Source: Candidatus Vogelbacteria bacterium
Lineage (GTDB): Bacteria > Patescibacteriota > Minisyncoccia > Phycocordibacterales > XYD1-FULL-46-19
Assembly (NCBI GenBank): GCA_903864935.1
Contig: CAIPHT010000006.1
Location: 37,129-101,128, forward strand
Direction of reading: 5' to 3'
Length of the DNA: 64,000 nt
A program made the position numbers and the translations under genes. The first letter of the stretch is position 1. Each line of letters opens with the position of its first letter. Shown here piece after piece: positions 18,858-27,438 of the stretch. Below the pieces are notes generated by a model. That model did no database searches. It had not been told where the DNA came from and worked only from the letters and a program-made list of their open reading frames with translations.

Positions 18858-21320
18858 GTGATGTTCGCCTCTAAGAAAAAAGTGGGGAGTAATGTTATTG
18901 GTGTTATCGATATTGGTAGCGCGCGGGTTAGCGGTGCCTTAATGACTGACTGGCCCAAGATAACAGGGGAGACAAGCGAGAGTGTCAATTGGCAAGAATT
19001 GCCCGATTGGGACAGATTCCAAGCGGGAATTGAGCAATCACTCGAGCGCGTTCTTAAGAAATTAGCCAAGGGCAAACACGCTAAACCAACGGAGTTATTT
19101 GTTTTCCTCTCGGCCCCCTTTTTTATCGGTAGCACCAAGATTGTACGTACCAAAGATAAAGCCCCTTTTGAGATTACTCCACCTTATCTCGCTGGCTTGG
19201 TAAAAAAAGATATTCTAAGCTTTGATCGTGGACAGAAGGGCGATCTCGTTCGACTCGAGAACGAGATTATGCAAATTAAGCTCAACGGCTATTCAGTTAC
19301 CGAACCGCTCGGCCAGATGGCCACCGAGATAGAACTCTCTCACTGGCAAAGCGAGAGTCACATTTCCTTAATTGAGAAATTCAAAGAGATTATTAAGGGA
19401 GAATTTCCCGAAGCACGAATAACTTTCCATTCCTTCGCCTATGCCTCTTACGCCGTTTTTAGCGAATTATTGCCCGAGAAGGATCTGATTATCATCGACA
19501 CCGGCAACGAATTGACCGATGTCATCGTTATTAAAGATGGTTATCTTGCCGAACACTTATCCTTCCCTTTGGGTAAGAATTATCTTATTCGTTCTGTCAC
19601 CAAGTCTCTCCAGACTGTGCCCGTTGACACTGAGGGTATTCTTAATCGTTACGCGAGCAGTAAGACAAACAATCAACTAAAGAATCGTCTCGAACCAGCT
19701 CTCGTTAAGCCCGCCGAAGAATGGTTGGGAAATCTTGGCGAATCTCTAACCCGCGCCCTAAAGACAACAATACTGCCCGAAGATATTTATATTTTTGGTG
19801 ACGAACCAAGCGACAAAGTCTTCGCTGATTTTATAAAAAAGGCCGATTTTTCATCCATTTCTATCGGTCACAAACCTTTTAGAGTCTATTATTCAGAGAA
19901 ACCGCTCGGTCAAGCACTTGAGCACTTGTCAGGCAAAATTTCTCCACCCGTTGGCAATAATTTCCTTTTGGCAGAGGCCCTCTTTTGTGCTATGCTGAAG
20001 GGTAGCAAATTGAATCTTTGGCCATTTAATCAATTAATAACAACTATGCATGATATAACTAAAAACAAAAAAAGTTTGCGTGATATCTTCCCCGAGAACA
20101 AAGTCGGGACGGGGACTATTAATAATTCTATGAATGAAGAGCCTAATTTCAAAACTTCGAGCTACACCCCTCAGAGACCAGTACGGTCTAGCACCGGCTT
20201 GAGCCTAAAGATCAAAATCTTTGCCGGAGTTCTCGTCTTAGCCATCATTATCGCCGGCGGTTTTGCCCTCTCATCACAATTTGCCAAGATTACCGTTAAG
20301 GTTACTCCCAAACAAGGTCGCCTGATGGTCAGCAATACCTATGAGGCCAACAAGTTGGCCGGTGAAGGGCTCAAGTTTTCTCTGGCCTCCAATATTTCGG
20401 TTGAAGATAGTGCCAACGTTCCAGCCAGCGGCGTAGTTGCCGTTAAGAACAAGACTCGAGGCAAAATTGTCATCTCTAATACAAGCAACACTAGTCAGAA
20501 CCTAATCGCTACCACCCGCTTCCAAACTCAAACTGGTTTAATCTATCGGATTGAGAAAAATATCAGCGTACCAGTCGGTCAGTCAGAGGTCACCGTTGTC
20601 GCTGATCAGCCCGGCCCAGATTACAATCTAGCCAGTGCCGATTTTACTATCCCTGGCTTTAAGGGGACGCCCAAATTCACTCAATTCTCCGCCAAGACAA
20701 AGGAGGCTCTCACCGGTGGGGCAATTGGCAATCAACCAAAAGTCTCGGACGAAGATCTTGCCAAGGCAACCGCTGGCCTCAAAGCCAAACTTCTGGCTGC
20801 CGCCGTGGCCAAACTTAAGCCCCAAATTCCCGACGGTTTTATCCTTTTTGACGGAGCAGTTATTGCCAATTTCACCCCAGAGATTAGTAGCGACCCCAGC
20901 AAGCCTGGCGAAGCGATCCTTAAGCTTAAGGCGGATGCCACCGGTATCCTCTTCAACGAGAGAGAGCTGGCAGGATTTCTAGCCAAGCAACAAGTTCCCG
21001 ATTACAAGGACGAACCGGTTGATGTCACCAATTGGTCAAGTTTCAAATTTAGCTTGATAAATAACGATAATTCTGACCTAAGCAGTGTCGACAAAGTCAG
21101 TTTCAAACTTGAGGGGACCGGCCAATTAGTCTGGGCCTTCGACCCCGCAATGCTTAAACAGAAGCTCCAATCTGCCGGAGCAAACAATTATAAGACGGTC
21201 TTCACCCAAGATTTTCCTATGATCCAAGTGGCCAACATTGTCTTCACCCCACCCTGGGTGAGGAGTATCCCAAGTGACCCCAACCGGATCTCGGTCGAGA
21301 CAAGCATTAGCAAGCCTTGA
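18858..21320 (+). CDS. FtsA/actin-like ATPase-fold domain in frame with a TM plus baseplate-J-like domain (possibly two proteins)
   Basis: VIDIGSARV and IIDTGNELTD actin-fold motifs. Second half has a TM and TTRFQT...V.ADQPGPDYN...FTIPG. Internal Met at 20046. Confidence 0.6.
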   Translation: MMFASKKKVGSNVIGVIDIGSARVSGALMTDWPKITGETSESVNWQELPDWDRFQAGIEQSLERVLKKLAKGKHAKPTELFVFLSAPFFIGSTKIVRTKDKAPFEITPPYLAGLVKKDILSFDRGQKGDLVRLENEIMQIKLNGYSVTEPLGQMATEIELSHWQSESHISLIEKFKEIIKGEFPEARITFHSFAYASYAVFSELLPEKDLIIIDTGNELTDVIVIKDGYLAEHLSFPLGKNYLIRSVTKSLQTVPVDTEGILNRYASSKTNNQLKNRLEPALVKPAEEWLGNLGESLTRALKTTILPEDIYIFGDEPSDKVFADFIKKADFSSISIGHKPFRVYYSEKPLGQALEHLSGKISPPVGNNFLLAEALFCAMLKGSKLNLWPFNQLITTMHDITKNKKSLRDIFPENKVGTGTINNSMNEEPNFKTSSYTPQRPVRSSTGLSLKIKIFAGVLVLAIIIAGGFALSSQFAKITVKVTPKQGRLMVSNTYEANKLAGEGLKFSLASNISVEDSANVPASGVVAVKNKTRGKIVISNTSNTSQNLIATTRFQTQTGLIYRIEKNISVPVGQSEVTVVADQPGPDYNLASADFTIPGFKGTPKFTQFSAKTKEALTGGAIGNQPKVSDEDLAKATAGLKAKLLAAAVAKLKPQIPDGFILFDGAVIANFTPEISSDPSKPGEAILKLKADATGILFNERELAGFLAKQQVPDYKDEPVDVTNWSSFKFSLINNDNSDLSSVDKVSFKLEGTGQLVWAFDPAMLKQKLQSAGANNYKTVFTQDFPMIQVANIVFTPPWVRSIPSDPNRISVETSISKP

Positions 21321-21364
21321 CGATTAGCCTATTAATTTGCTAAGATAAGCAGGTCATTTTGAGA

Positions 21365-21580
21365 ATGGATAAAGACGAAAAAAACCAAACGGTTTCCGGT
21401 GTTGTCACCGAGGCTTTGCCCAACACTCAATTCAAAGTGAAGATTGGCCCCGACCAAGAGGTTCTAGCCTATTTGGCCGGCCGTATGCGTCTACATCGGA
21501 TTAGAGTTCTGATTGGCGATAAGGTCGAGCTCGTGCTAGATGACTATGGTGGGAGAGGCCGAATCACCCGACGCTTTTAA
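21365..21580 (+). CDS. infA: Translation initiation factor IF-1
   Basis: GVVTEALPNTQFKV...GRMRLHRIRVLIGDKV. Confidence 0.95.
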   Translation: MDKDEKNQTVSGVVTEALPNTQFKVKIGPDQEVLAYLAGRMRLHRIRVLIGDKVELVLDDYGGRGRITRRF

Positions 21581-21585
21581 ATAAA

Positions 21586-21702
21586 ATGAAAATTAAGTCG
21601 ACAATCAAAAAGAGATGTGCCCAATGCAAAATGGTTAAACGCCGAAGCCATCTTTATATTATTTGCCCTAATAAGCCTCGCCACAAGCAAAAGCAAGCCT
21701 AA
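21586..21702 (+). CDS. rpmJ: 50S ribosomal protein L36 (not in ORF track)
   Basis: Hand translation MKIKSTIKKRCAQCKMVKRRSHLYIICPNKPRHKQKQA; lies between infA and rpsM. Confidence 0.95.
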   Translation: MKIKSTIKKRCAQCKMVKRRSHLYIICPNKPRHKQKQA

Positions 21703-21705
21703 ACT

Positions 21706-22086
21706 ATGCGTATCTCTGGTATTACCATCCCCGATAATAAGCGGTTAGAATATGCCTTGACGGCCATTTATGGTATTGGCTTGGCTCGTTCCCGCAAAAT
21801 TCTAGACGCGGCCAAAGTTTCTCATGCCAAAAAAGGTCCTGAAATTTCCCCTGAAGAAGAGAATCAGATTCGTAAAGCCGTTGAAAGTTTCAAGATTGAA
21901 GGAGATCTTAAACGAGAAGTTTCTGCTAATATCAAACGTTTGAAGGATATCAAGTGCTACCGTGGGACCCGTCACTTGAAGGGTTTGCCAAGTCGAGGTC
22001 AGCGCACCAAAACCAATTCCCGTACCCGTCGAGGCAACGTCAGAAAGACTATGGCCTCCGGTAGGAGAAAAGCTGATAAGAAATAA
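21706..22086 (+). CDS. rpsM: 30S ribosomal protein S13
   Basis: ALTAIYGIG, RGQRTKTNSRTR. Confidence 0.97.
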   Translation: MRISGITIPDNKRLEYALTAIYGIGLARSRKILDAAKVSHAKKGPEISPEEENQIRKAVESFKIEGDLKREVSANIKRLKDIKCYRGTRHLKGLPSRGQRTKTNSRTRRGNVRKTMASGRRKADKK

Positions 22087-22107
22087 AAAGTAATAAATTA
22101 TTGAGTT

Positions 22108-22533
22108 ATGGGAAAGAAAAGAATAATTAAAAAAGGAGGTCAAGATAGTGGCAAAACCGCTAGTGGCGCTCGTGTACCTAAGAAAAAATTAGATCACGGC
22201 GTTTTGAATATCGAGGCAACTTACAACAACACCAAGGTTTCTCTCGCAGACACCAAAGGCAATCTCTTTGTCTGGTCTTCGAGTGGCTCGCTCGGTTTTT
22301 CTGGTTCCAAGAAAGGCACACCTTTTGCCGCTGGCAAGGTTGGTGATTTAATTGCCGATAAGGGAATTGCCATGGGTCTTAAGGATGTAGACGTGGTTAT
22401 CAAGGGCGTTGGTGCTGGTCGCGAATCAGCCATGCGCGCCTTTGCCGCTAAAGGTATCAACATTTTATCAATTAAAGACCGCACCCCAGTGCCATTTAAT
22501 GGCCCCAAGGCGCCTAAGCCCCGCCGAGTATAA
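22108..22533 (+). CDS. rpsK: 30S ribosomal protein S11
   Basis: ATYNNT, KKGTPFAA, GVGAGRESA, TPVPFNG. Confidence 0.97.
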   Translation: MGKKRIIKKGGQDSGKTASGARVPKKKLDHGVLNIEATYNNTKVSLADTKGNLFVWSSSGSLGFSGSKKGTPFAAGKVGDLIADKGIAMGLKDVDVVIKGVGAGRESAMRAFAAKGINILSIKDRTPVPFNGPKAPKPRRV

Positions 22534-22536
22534 TAT

Positions 22537-23151
22537 ATGAAATTAGGACCAAAATTTAAAATTTGTCGTCGAGTTGGAGACCGTGTTTTCGGTAAGTGCG
22601 AAGGCACCAAGTTTACTGTCTCTGGTACCGAACGTATCCGCCGTGGTGGCAAGCACCCTAAGGGCGCTCCGTCCGAATACGCCTTACAGTTAACCGAGAA
22701 GCAGAAGGCTCGTTTTACCTATGGGATGACCGAGCGACAATTTTCTAATTACGTTAATGAAGCTAAGAAGAAGCAGGGTGGCGACCCCGGAGTTGAGCTC
22801 TACAAGCGTTTGGAGTCTCGTATCGACAATGTTATCTACCGCCTCGGTATCACCAGCTCCCGCCAAGCTTCTCGTCAGCTCGTTTCTCACGGCCACATTA
22901 CCGTTAATGGCAAGAAAATTCGTGTCCCTTCCTACTTAGTTAAGATTGGAGACAAAATTGGCATTCGTGAGGGTAGCAAGAACAAAGGTCCTTTTACTGG
23001 TCTCGCCGAGAAATTAGCTGGCAAGAGTGTCCCCGAATGGCTTAGCTTCGATCTGCAGAAGGGCGAAGTAACCATTAAGGGCGAGCCTGTCTTTGGGCAA
23101 GCTGAAGGAACTATAAACTACGGAGTCATTCTTGAGTTCTATAGTCGTTAA
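22537..23151 (+). CDS. rpsD: 30S ribosomal protein S4
   Basis: LESRIDNVIYRLG, RQLVSHGHITVNG. Confidence 0.97.
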   Translation: MKLGPKFKICRRVGDRVFGKCEGTKFTVSGTERIRRGGKHPKGAPSEYALQLTEKQKARFTYGMTERQFSNYVNEAKKKQGGDPGVELYKRLESRIDNVIYRLGITSSRQASRQLVSHGHITVNGKKIRVPSYLVKIGDKIGIREGSKNKGPFTGLAEKLAGKSVPEWLSFDLQKGEVTIKGEPVFGQAEGTINYGVILEFYSR

Positions 23152-23185
23152 AATATAACTTATTATTAATAGCTTTTAAAAAAAT

Positions 23186-24148
23186 ATGCCGGATTTTAAT
23201 ATAATTTTACCTTCCAAGCCTCGTATCGCCAGCGAAAAGGAATTCGTCGGTGTCTATGAGATTGAAGGGCTCTACCCAGGCTACGGCCACACTCTCGGTA
23301 ATTCGCTTCGTCGAATTATTTTGTCGTCCCTTCCCGGTTTTGCGATTACCTCCCTCAAGATTGATGGGGTTAATCATGAGTTCTCAACAATGGCTGGTGT
23401 TAAGGAGGATGTTATCAACATCATTCTTAATCTCAAGCGTGTCCGCTTCCAAGTTATTGGTGACGAGGCTCAGACCGTCAAATTACTGGTTAAGGGTGCC
23501 AAGGATGTCACCGCCAAGGATTTAATTCTCCCTGGTCAGGTTACGGTTATTAATCCTGAGCAACCAATTGCCACTATTACCGACAAGAATGTTACGCTCG
23601 AGGCTGAAGTTGTCTTAGAGAAGGGCCTTGGTTATGTCTCAAGTGATGTACTTAAGAAAGACCGCGTTGAAGTTGGCAATATTGCTCTTGATGCCGCCTT
23701 CACTCCAATCAAGAAAGTTAGTTATGAGGTAGAGAATATGCGTGTTGGCAATCGCACCGATTTCAACAAACTCATTATCCATGTTGAGACTGATGGTACT
23801 ATTACTCCCCGCGAAGCTCTTGAGCAGAGTATCAAAATTATGATCAATCAGCTCAAAGCGATTGTTGATTTCAAAGAGGAAGAGGAGGAAGAGAAAATGC
23901 CTTCACTCAAGGATATTAAGAATGAGGCCAATACCAGCGATGGCGAAGAAGATGCCTTGAAGACGAAGATTGAGGACTTGGGCCTCTCTGTTCGCACCCA
24001 AAAAGCGCTCACCAATGCCAGTGTCCGCACCATCGGTGGTCTCTCTCGCAAGAAGGAGGCTGATGTTAAAGAAATTGAGGGTCTCGGCGATAAAGGTTTA
24101 CAAGAAATCAAAAAAGTGTTAGAAGATTATGGTCTAAGCCTTAAATAA
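23186..24148 (+). CDS. rpoA: RNA polymerase alpha subunit
   Basis: GYGHTLGNSLRRIILSS, VNHEFST, CTD LGLSVRT. Confidence 0.98.
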   Translation: MPDFNIILPSKPRIASEKEFVGVYEIEGLYPGYGHTLGNSLRRIILSSLPGFAITSLKIDGVNHEFSTMAGVKEDVINIILNLKRVRFQVIGDEAQTVKLLVKGAKDVTAKDLILPGQVTVINPEQPIATITDKNVTLEAEVVLEKGLGYVSSDVLKKDRVEVGNIALDAAFTPIKKVSYEVENMRVGNRTDFNKLIIHVETDGTITPREALEQSIKIMINQLKAIVDFKEEEEEEKMPSLKDIKNEANTSDGEEDALKTKIEDLGLSVRTQKALTNASVRTIGGLSRKKEADVKEIEGLGDKGLQEIKKVLEDYGLSLK

Positions 24149-24153
24149 TTAAT

Positions 24154-24507
24154 ATGCAACACCAAGCCAAAGGCCGAAAATTCAGTCGAGTTAAGAAAGT
24201 CAGAGTCGCTCTCTTGCGCTCTTTGGCAAGCAATTTAATTTTGCGCGAGAAAATGACCACGACTGAACCAAAGGCTAAAGAAATCCGTCCTTACGTTGAG
24301 AAACTCGTTACGAAAGCCAAGAAAGATACTCTGGCCAACCGCCGCTTGGTGATTGAAGAGATCGGTCAAGATAAGAAGGTTCTTGCTAAATTGTTCGGTG
24401 AGTTAGGCCCCCGCTTCAACGAACGACGCGGTGGTTATACCCGCATTATGAAGCTTGGTCGTCGTATTAGTGATGGTAGCCCAATGGCGATAATTGAATT
24501 TGTATAA
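24154..24507 (+). CDS. rplQ: 50S ribosomal protein L17
   Basis: TTEPKAKE, GGYTRIMK. Confidence 0.97.
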   Translation: MQHQAKGRKFSRVKKVRVALLRSLASNLILREKMTTTEPKAKEIRPYVEKLVTKAKKDTLANRRLVIEEIGQDKKVLAKLFGELGPRFNERRGGYTRIMKLGRRISDGSPMAIIEFV

Positions 24508-24511
24508 TCAT

Positions 24512-24877
24512 ATGGAAAAGCAAACTGTAAAAAAAGAATATGTCATTGATGCTACAGGGCAAGCCTTGGGACGCATTGCGAGTGAAGCCGCTAAGGTTTT
24601 GCGTGGCAAAGATACTGTTGAATTCATCAACAACATCGCTCCTAAAGTTACCGTTAAAGTTATCAATGCTAGCCATATTGATGCCAGCCAGAAGAAGCTT
24701 AGGGAAAAGATTTATACCCATTATACTGGTCATCCCGGTGGCTTGCGCAAAACCTCTCTCGCTCGTATGATTGAGAAGAAGGGTTGGGAAGAGCCCATCA
24801 AGAAGGCCGTTTATGGTATGCTCCCAGCCAATCGTTTGCGCGCGGTCATGATGAAGAATTTAATAATCACCGAATAG
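24512..24877 (+). CDS. rplM: 50S ribosomal protein L13 (short form)
   Basis: IDATGQALGRIAS, HYTGHPGGL, AVYGMLP. ATG at 24512. Confidence 0.95.
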   Translation: MEKQTVKKEYVIDATGQALGRIASEAAKVLRGKDTVEFINNIAPKVTVKVINASHIDASQKKLREKIYTHYTGHPGGLRKTSLARMIEKKGWEEPIKKAVYGMLPANRLRAVMMKNLIITE

Positions 24878-24901
24878 TTCAATATATTCACTATAAATAA
24901 T

Positions 24902-25315
24902 ATGGCAACTACTACCACAACCAAAGAAAGATATGTCGAGGCAATCGGCCGTCGCAAGACGGCAACCGCCAGAGTCCGTCTCACCAAGGCGAGCAAGGAC
25001 AGCGTCGTTGTTAACAACAAGACCTTAGACGCCTACTTCCCAACCATTGAGATGCGTGAGCGTGTTAAGAAGGCTCTGGCTAAGATTGGCGAACACGGTG
25101 CCTTTGCTATCTCCGCTCAGATTACTGGTGGGGGAGTAAGCGCCCATACCGATGCCATGATTATGGGTCTTGGACGTGCCATCATCAAGATCAAGCCTGA
25201 GATCAAACCTGAGATCAAGAAAGAAAAGATGTTAACCCGTGATGCCCGCGAGAAAGAACGCCGCAAGTTCGGCCTCAAGAAGGCTCGCAAGAGTCCTCAG
25301 TGGAGCAAGCGTTAG
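24902..25315 (+). CDS. rpsI: 30S ribosomal protein S9
   Basis: GRRKTATARV, KKARKSPQWSKR. Confidence 0.97.
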   Translation: MATTTTTKERYVEAIGRRKTATARVRLTKASKDSVVVNNKTLDAYFPTIEMRERVKKALAKIGEHGAFAISAQITGGGVSAHTDAMIMGLGRAIIKIKPEIKPEIKKEKMLTRDAREKERRKFGLKKARKSPQWSKR

Positions 25316-25416
25316 TCTCAAATCCTACCAATCAGCCCAGTTGACAAACTGGGCTGATTTAGTGTTCAATAGAAAAAGAAAATACACTCGTGCCAAAGGC
25401 ACAGGAAAGGAAGAAT

Positions 25417-25557
25417 ATGAGCTGCATAGATCAAGTCGGTATTGTTGTCTTTGCTGCGGGAGTGGCCTTGGTTGTCTTTTCCATGTATAGACTCATGGCA
25501 GAGGCCCTGAGTTCAACCGAAAAAGACAAGGAGCCCTTTGGGATTGAATGGTTTTGA
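25417..25557 (+). CDS. Small single-TM peptide, 46 aa (not in ORF track)
   Basis: MSCIDQVGIVVFAAGVALVVFSMYRLMAEALSSTEKDKEPFGIEWF. TTGACA at about 25341, SD GAAAGGA, terminator at 25573-25610. Confidence 0.6.
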   Translation: MSCIDQVGIVVFAAGVALVVFSMYRLMAEALSSTEKDKEPFGIEWF

Positions 25558-25643
25558 CCTACCGATAACTACACCCGGCGCGCCCCAAGCGCGCCGGGTG
25601 GTTTCTTTTTATTTTTCTTAATTTATGCCATAGTAAAACTACA

Positions 25644-25868
25644 CAGCTTAAGGGCTCACTTGCCACAAGTTCTAGGACAGAAACTTAATCTTGTGCAAAG
25701 GAGGAGAAGACGGAGGGAAGACCTCTGAGATGAAAAAGGTCTTACATTGGGCAAGACGGTAGGTATGACAGATGGGAAGACTGCGGTTGTTCCCCGCACC
25801 CCTGTCACTGGCAAGCTGAATGGGCCGAGCTGGATAGGGGTGTCACAATAGTGGCATCCCGCCTTTTT
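25644..25868 (+). ncRNA. Candidate structured non-coding RNA with terminator
   Basis: The 5' and 3' ends pair and enclose three hairpins; terminator at 25837-25868; no plausible ORF. Confidence 0.5.
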
Positions 25869-25898
25869 ATTTAAACTTATCCCCATTTTTGTATACTA

Positions 25899-25925
25899 TG
25901 CGAGATTGGATATCGCACAATAAGG
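25899..25925. repeat. REP-like palindrome family E, upstream of RAYT
   Basis: tgcgagattggatatcgcacaataagg; copies at 26104-26126, 26634-26662, 30882-30912, variant at 49453-49480. Confidence 0.9.
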
Positions 25926-25949
25926 GTTTTTATGATAATATAATGACCA

Positions 25950-26624
25950 ATGAGGGAGAAGCCCACGGAAGACTACATTTATCACATTTTTAATCGCGGA
26001 GTAGACAAGCGAGAAATTTTTTCTGATGACAGTGATCGTCAACGTTTTTTGGCCTGTCTTTATCATTTTAATGACACAGCTCAAGTGAGAAATATCGATC
26101 GCGTGTGCGATATCCAATCTCGCACAAATGACGACCGGGATAAATTAGTGGAGATACTAGCCTTTACCCTGATGCCTAACCACTTCCATCTCTTAGTAAA
26201 ACCTCTGATTGAAGACGGTGTTTCTGAATTTATGAAAAAAATTGGTATTGGCTACACTCATTACTTTAATATAAAAAACGAACGATCAGGAAGTCTCTTT
26301 CAAGGTAAATATAAATTTGTAAGGATAGAAGACGATGAGCAGCTAAACTATATACCTTATTACATCCACTTTAATCCAGCCGAACTCGTTGATTCGGGAT
26401 GGAAAGAAAAAAAAGTTCAGGATAGTCAAAAGGTTTTTGATTTTTTAAAATCTTATAGATGGTCAAGTCTTCGAGATTATCTCGGCCAAGACAATTTCTC
26501 TCAAATTATAGACAAAGGGGTCCTGACAGACTACCTAGGGAGCCCCGAAGAATTTGAGAAGGAAATCTCTGCTTGGCTCAAAGAAATGGGCTCAATAGAC
26601 CATACAAATCTGTGGATAGAGTAG
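25950..26624 (+). mobile_element. REP-associated tyrosine transposase (RAYT, IS200/IS605 Y1 HUH superfamily)
   Basis: YHIFNRGVDKREIF, LMPNHFHLL (HUH), GSLFQGKY, YIHFNP, YRWSS; flanked by palindromes. Confidence 0.92.
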
Positions 26625-26633
26625 CCAAAATAT

Positions 26634-26662
26634 CCTTATTGTGCGAGATTGGATATCGCACA
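26634..26662. repeat. REP-like palindrome family E, downstream of RAYT
   Basis: ccttattgtgcgagattggatatcgcaca. Confidence 0.9.
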
Positions 26663-26746
26663 TATTGCATAAAATGGCTATTTTGATAGAATTAAGGTCA
26701 AGATAGTTAAGAATAAGAGAAAATTAGCTAAAATAGCTTATAAATT

Positions 26747-27319
26747 ATGACTAAAAACATAGACGAAAACGAGGAGGATTTTGAGTTCGTGGAGAATACC
26801 GAAGATAGGGCGCCAGAGGCAGCCGAGATGGGCGGGAAATTGAAGAAAGTTAAAGAAGAACTCAAAGCCTGCCAGACCGAACGCTCTGAATACCTTGATG
26901 GCTGGCAACGCGCCAAGGCAGACTACCTGAATCTTAAAAAGGAGGGGGAAGCAGGGAAAAGCGAGCTGGCCAAATGGGCCAAAGAAGGAGTACTTGCAGA
27001 TCTCTTCGTTCTCGCCGACAGCTTCGAGATGGCCTTCATCAACAAAGAAGCTTGGGAGCAGGCACCAGAGAATTGGCGGAAGGGGGTGGAATATATTTAT
27101 AACCAATTGCAAAACATTTTCCGCGACCACGGAGTAGAAGAGATAGAACCCAAGGTGGGCGACAAATTCAATCATGCGGAACAGGAACCCATCGCGACAA
27201 TTGAAACTGATAACAAAGAAGAAGATGATGAAATTGTTGAAATAATTAAGAAAGGTTACCGTCTACATGGGAAGATAGCGAGACCGGCGAGTGTAAAAGT
27301 TAAGCATTATCAAAATTAA
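26747..27319 (+). CDS. grpE: Nucleotide exchange factor GrpE
   Basis: WQRAKADYLN, KKGYRLHGKIARPASV; upstream of dnaK. Confidence 0.95.
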   Translation: MTKNIDENEEDFEFVENTEDRAPEAAEMGGKLKKVKEELKACQTERSEYLDGWQRAKADYLNLKKEGEAGKSELAKWAKEGVLADLFVLADSFEMAFINKEAWEQAPENWRKGVEYIYNQLQNIFRDHGVEEIEPKVGDKFNHAEQEPIATIETDNKEEDDEIVEIIKKGYRLHGKIARPASVKVKHYQN

Positions 27320-27410
27320 TTTCCAATTATCAATTCTCAATTTTCAATCAAGTCTCCAATGTTTCAATTTTAAAATTTACTGAAAATTGAGAACTGAAAA
27401 TTGATCATTA
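27320..27410. repeat. Heptamer tandem repeats with inverted complement
   Basis: tt(a/c/t)tcaa-type 7-mers followed by ctgaaaattgagaactgaaaattgatcatt. Confidence 0.7.
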
Positions 27411-27438
27411 TTAGATTAAAAAACAGATAAAAATAAAC

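Noticed and set aside
20046-21320. Prophage inferred from the baseplate-J-like domain
   Set aside because: No other phage genes; it is membrane-anchored and sits in a housekeeping context.
25656-25886. 76-aa minus-strand ORF, and a 10-codon plus-strand ORF at 25730
   Set aside because: No SD or promoter for the minus ORF, and the SD spacing for the short ORF is poor. Base-pairing explains the sequence better.
26664-26746. CIRCE/HrcA control of grpE-dnaK
   Set aside because: No TTAGCACTC-N9-GAGTGCTAA found and no hrcA in the window.
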